In this document: positions 61,659-64,000 of the stretch, piece after piece
Layout: each line of letters begins with the position of its first letter
Numbering within the stretch: position 1 is the stretch's first letter
Assembly (NCBI GenBank): GCA_964617845.1
Contig: CAZUAR010000003.1
Location: 133,908-197,907, forward strand
Direction of reading: 5' to 3'
DNA: 64,000 nucleotides
Origin: an uncultured Kofleriaceae bacterium
GTDB taxonomy: Bacteria > Myxococcota_A > Polyangia > Haliangiales > Haliangiaceae
Notes under the pieces: model-generated
The model's database searches: none
The model's input: only the letters and a program-made list of their open reading frames with translations
What the model was told of the DNA's origin: nothing
Translations under genes and position numbers: made by a program

Positions 61659-62366
61659 ATGTTCTCGAAGCAGTTCTTGGTCCTTGCTGGGCTCTGCGTG
61701 TCCAGCTCCACCGCATTCGCTCACATCACCGTCGCCAGCGGCCCGGCGCAGGCCGGCAAGTCCGCGAAGGTCGCGCTCGCGATCAACCACGGCTGCAACA
61801 GCAGCAGCGAGGACACGTTCAAGATCCTCGTCTCGTTCCCCGCGGGGACGTTCTCGAATATCCGTCCCATGCGCTCGGACTTCGGCTCGTACATGTTCGT
61901 CAAGGATGGCAACCAGGCGATCACGGGGATCGAATGGACCAAGCCCGTCGCCGACAAGCGCATGGCCGACGACAGCTACTACGAGCTCGTGTTCAAGGCG
62001 ACGATGCCGAACACCCCGTTCACCAAGGTGAAGCTCGACATCACGCAGACGTGTGTCGATGCCGCCGGTAACACGACGACGCCCGTGCACTGGGACGACT
62101 CGAACAGCGCCGAGCCCGCGCCGCGCCTCACGATCGCCCCGCAGCGCGTGAACACGATCGGCTGGAACAAGATCACGATCCCGGCCAACACGACGGTCGC
62201 GGCCACCGACCTCGCCGCGTACTTCGGTGACGCGTTGATCATCTGGAAGGGCAGCGCCGCGTTCAGCACCAACCCGAACACCGTCGAGCAGATCCACGCG
62301 ACGACCGGCGTGACGCTCCTCGCAGAAGCGCTCGCCGCCGGCGACGTGATCTGGGTCAGGTACTGA
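61659..62366 (+). CDS. DUF1775 (YcnI-like) domain protein, putative copper-binding
   Basis: Signal ...SSSTAFA, then a mature N-terminal His (HITVASGPAQAGKSAKVALAINHG) as in YcnI-like proteins. Confidence 0.55.
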   Translation: MFSKQFLVLAGLCVSSSTAFAHITVASGPAQAGKSAKVALAINHGCNSSSEDTFKILVSFPAGTFSNIRPMRSDFGSYMFVKDGNQAITGIEWTKPVADKRMADDSYYELVFKATMPNTPFTKVKLDITQTCVDAAGNTTTPVHWDDSNSAEPAPRLTIAPQRVNTIGWNKITIPANTTVAATDLAAYFGDALIIWKGSAAFSTNPNTVEQIHATTGVTLLAEALAAGDVIWVRY

Positions 62367-62368
62367 TC

Positions 62369-62596
62369 ATGCGCGCGCTGTTCTTGCTCGTCGCGCTCTC
62401 TGCGTGCGGCGACAACCTGCATCCCGCCGGCCGCGACGCCGGTAGCGATGCCATCGCGGACTCGGGGATCGACACTCCACCGCAAGCGACGGGGCACTGC
62501 CTCGATCGTCCCGGCGCGCTCCCCGCCGAGCTGAACGCACCGTCGGGCGCCCTGCCCTGCGAGATGCTCCCACCCGGCTTCACGGTGTCGCCATGA
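62369..62596 (+). CDS. Small lipoprotein, hypothetical
   Basis: MRALFLLVALSACG lipobox. ATGA overlap with the next gene. Confidence 0.4.
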   Translation: MRALFLLVALSACGDNLHPAGRDAGSDAIADSGIDTPPQATGHCLDRPGALPAELNAPSGALPCEMLPPGFTVSP

Positions 62597-63021
62597 TCCG
62601 TCCCGTCCTCGGACTCGTCGCTCTCCTCGCCGCATGCGGCGACGACGGCGGCGCCGGCGTCGTTGATGCGGATCCCACCGTCGATGTCGCGCCCGATGCA
62701 CCACCGCGCGAGGTCGTGATGGAGACACGCGCGTTGCAGCCGGGCGAGATCGTCGAAGGCATCATGACGTCCGGCCCCGGCGACGCCGCGCGCATCTTGC
62801 TACACGGACAGTTCCCCAACGTGTCGTTCAACATCCACGGCCACGCCGGCGGCGGCACGCAGGTCGTGTACGAGGAGTTCGACAAGATGGATGTCGACTA
62901 CCTGTTCAAACCGACGTCGCAAGCGAAGTGGTACCTGCTCGTTCGCAACGACGGGCAGATCGCACAAGAGGTCGAGGTCAAGGTCGAGATCTACGGAGAG
63001 ATGATGTGGGAGTGGGAATGA
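62593..63021 (+). CDS. Lipoprotein, hypothetical
   Basis: MIRPVLGLVALLAACG lipobox. Beta-rich with a His-rich segment LLHGQFPNVSFNIHGHAGGG. Confidence 0.45.
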   Translation: MIRPVLGLVALLAACGDDGGAGVVDADPTVDVAPDAPPREVVMETRALQPGEIVEGIMTSGPGDAARILLHGQFPNVSFNIHGHAGGGTQVVYEEFDKMDVDYLFKPTSQAKWYLLVRNDGQIAQEVEVKVEIYGEMMWEWE

Positions 63022-63425
63022 AGGCACTCGCGCTTCTCTCCCTCGTCGCGCTCGCGGGGTGTCCCGACGAGCCGCTGTTCGGTCCTCCGACCGAGTCCGT
63101 GTGTCCGCCGACGCAGACGCTGTCGTACGAGAACTTCGGCAAGCCGTTCATGGAGAGCTACTGCACCGAGTGCCACGACAGTCACAAGCGCGGCGAGGAG
63201 CGGCAGGGCGCGACCTCGTTCCACGACTTCGACACGATCTACGGCATTCGCGCGGTCTACGAGCACATCGACTTCACGACGGCGGCCGGGCCGACGGGCA
63301 TCGTCAACGACTCGATGCCGCCCGACGGCGAGCCCAAGCCGACGCTCGAGGAGCGCAAGAAGCTCGGCGAGTGGATCGCGTGCGAGATGCCGACGGACAT
63401 GCAGCTGATGATGTCGTCGCAGTGA
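63018..63425 (+). CDS. Lipoprotein with CxxCH heme-binding-type motif
   Basis: MKALALLSLVALAGC lipobox. YCTECHDSHKR (CxxCH). ATGA overlap with the previous gene. Confidence 0.5.
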   Translation: MKALALLSLVALAGCPDEPLFGPPTESVCPPTQTLSYENFGKPFMESYCTECHDSHKRGEERQGATSFHDFDTIYGIRAVYEHIDFTTAAGPTGIVNDSMPPDGEPKPTLEERKKLGEWIACEMPTDMQLMMSSQ

Positions 63426-63541
63426 CCGCGGTTCGCGATCCGTCGCCCGCGGTAGTCGATCGCGCGGCGCGTCGAGCGGCCTAACTGCGCGGATGCGCTG
63501 GCGCGCGGATCTGGAACGACGCGTGCTGAACACCTGGGGCG

Positions 63542-63841
63542 ATGCCGACCCCGAAGTTCACCTCCCTCGACCTCACCGTCCTGTTTGGCGTTACCGGCGG
63601 AAAGTCCCAAGCAGCGCAGCTCGAGCTCACGGCCGCGCTGGACCGCCTGAAGTCCGGCATCGCGGACCTCGCCCGCAACGACGCGCCGAACGACGCGTTG
63701 CCGCTGGCGATCCTGTTCTCGCTGAGCCGTCGCCGCGGCGGCGGTGGCGGAGCGCCTGCCGAGCTCGGCCTTCCGCAGGCACCGAGCGCGGCGCCGGCGG
63801 CGATCAAGGCCGGGCCGTCGACGCAGTACGCGCAGGCCTAA
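63542..63841 (+). CDS. Hypothetical small protein
   Basis: High-GC3 99-aa ORF. No motif. Convergent with the partial queE-like gene. Confidence 0.3.
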   Translation: MPTPKFTSLDLTVLFGVTGGKSQAAQLELTAALDRLKSGIADLARNDAPNDALPLAILFSLSRRRGGGGGAPAELGLPQAPSAAPAAIKAGPSTQYAQA

Positions 63842-64000
63842 GGAACGTTGATGATCTTGTGGGTCTGAAGTGACAGACGCCATCGCGGACGCGCGTGGAT
63901 CAGCGCGATCGCTCTCTGTAGATGCTGCTCGTAGCGCGCGTCCATCCACGGCTGGAGGAAGTAGTGCTCGCAGCGATAGCGCGCCACGTGCCGATCGAGT
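63838..64000 (-). CDS. queE: 7-carboxy-7-deazaguanine synthase (QueE-like radical SAM), C-terminal fragment; gene continues beyond window end
   Basis: Minus-strand frame reads ...YRCEHYFLQPWMDARYEQHLQRAIALIHARPRWRLSLQTHKIINVP-stop. The WRLSLQTHK C-terminal motif is characteristic of QueE. Confidence 0.5.
   Translation of the reverse strand, partial: LDRHVARYRCEHYFLQPWMDARYEQHLQRAIALIHARPRWRLSLQTHKIINVP

Overview
This is a 64 kb window of very high-GC DNA (about 70% GC, strong GC3 codon bias), with no rRNA, tRNA or CRISPR detected. Gene content points to Myxococcota (Polyangia-like): many Hanks-type Ser/Thr kinases, PEGA and TPR domains, bactofilin, many lipoproteins, and an ATP synthase operon in the order atpF'-atpF-atpH-atpA-atpG-atpD-atpC. 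I annotate about 65 coding features.

Main coding content:
- A complete F1Fo ATP synthase sub-operon (11.6-17.9 kb, minus strand).
- Three Hanks kinases, three hybrid or classical histidine kinases and an OmpR regulator.
- A ClC/CBS chloride channel behind a MarR regulator, a GH25 lysozyme, a TonB-dependent receptor, an OmpA/thrombospondin-repeat protein, a CHAT-TPR protein, a 1-Cys peroxiredoxin, Hsp20, and a ferritin-like/CDGSH fusion.

Most notable observations:
- Two paralogous receiver-like + RsbW/RsbT-like GHKL ATPase genes. One is translationally coupled to a membrane protein with tandem STAS + zinc-ribbon domains and a periplasmic PDZ domain. The other is coupled to a PEGA-domain Ser/Thr kinase. 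Together they look like undescribed membrane-anchored partner-switching (stressosome-like) modules.
- A roughly 11 kb run of seven minus-strand envelope genes that ends in the receiver/GHKL protein and the PEGA kinase. Four junctions are 1-14 nt overlaps; the rest are short gaps.
- A pair of 1.4 kb inverted paralogous lipoprotein genes (about 85% nt identity) flanking a Uma2 nuclease, a lipoprotein and a bactofilin.
- Two paralogous Pol-beta-type nucleotidyltransferases bracketing a kinase operon.
- An ATP synthase b subunit with an unusual 140-aa His-rich N-terminal extension.
- A copper-associated mini-operon: a Cys/His-rich peptide, a DUF1775/YcnI-like protein, and CxxCH lipoproteins.

All calls come from reading the six-frame translations and the DNA by eye. 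No database searches were run.
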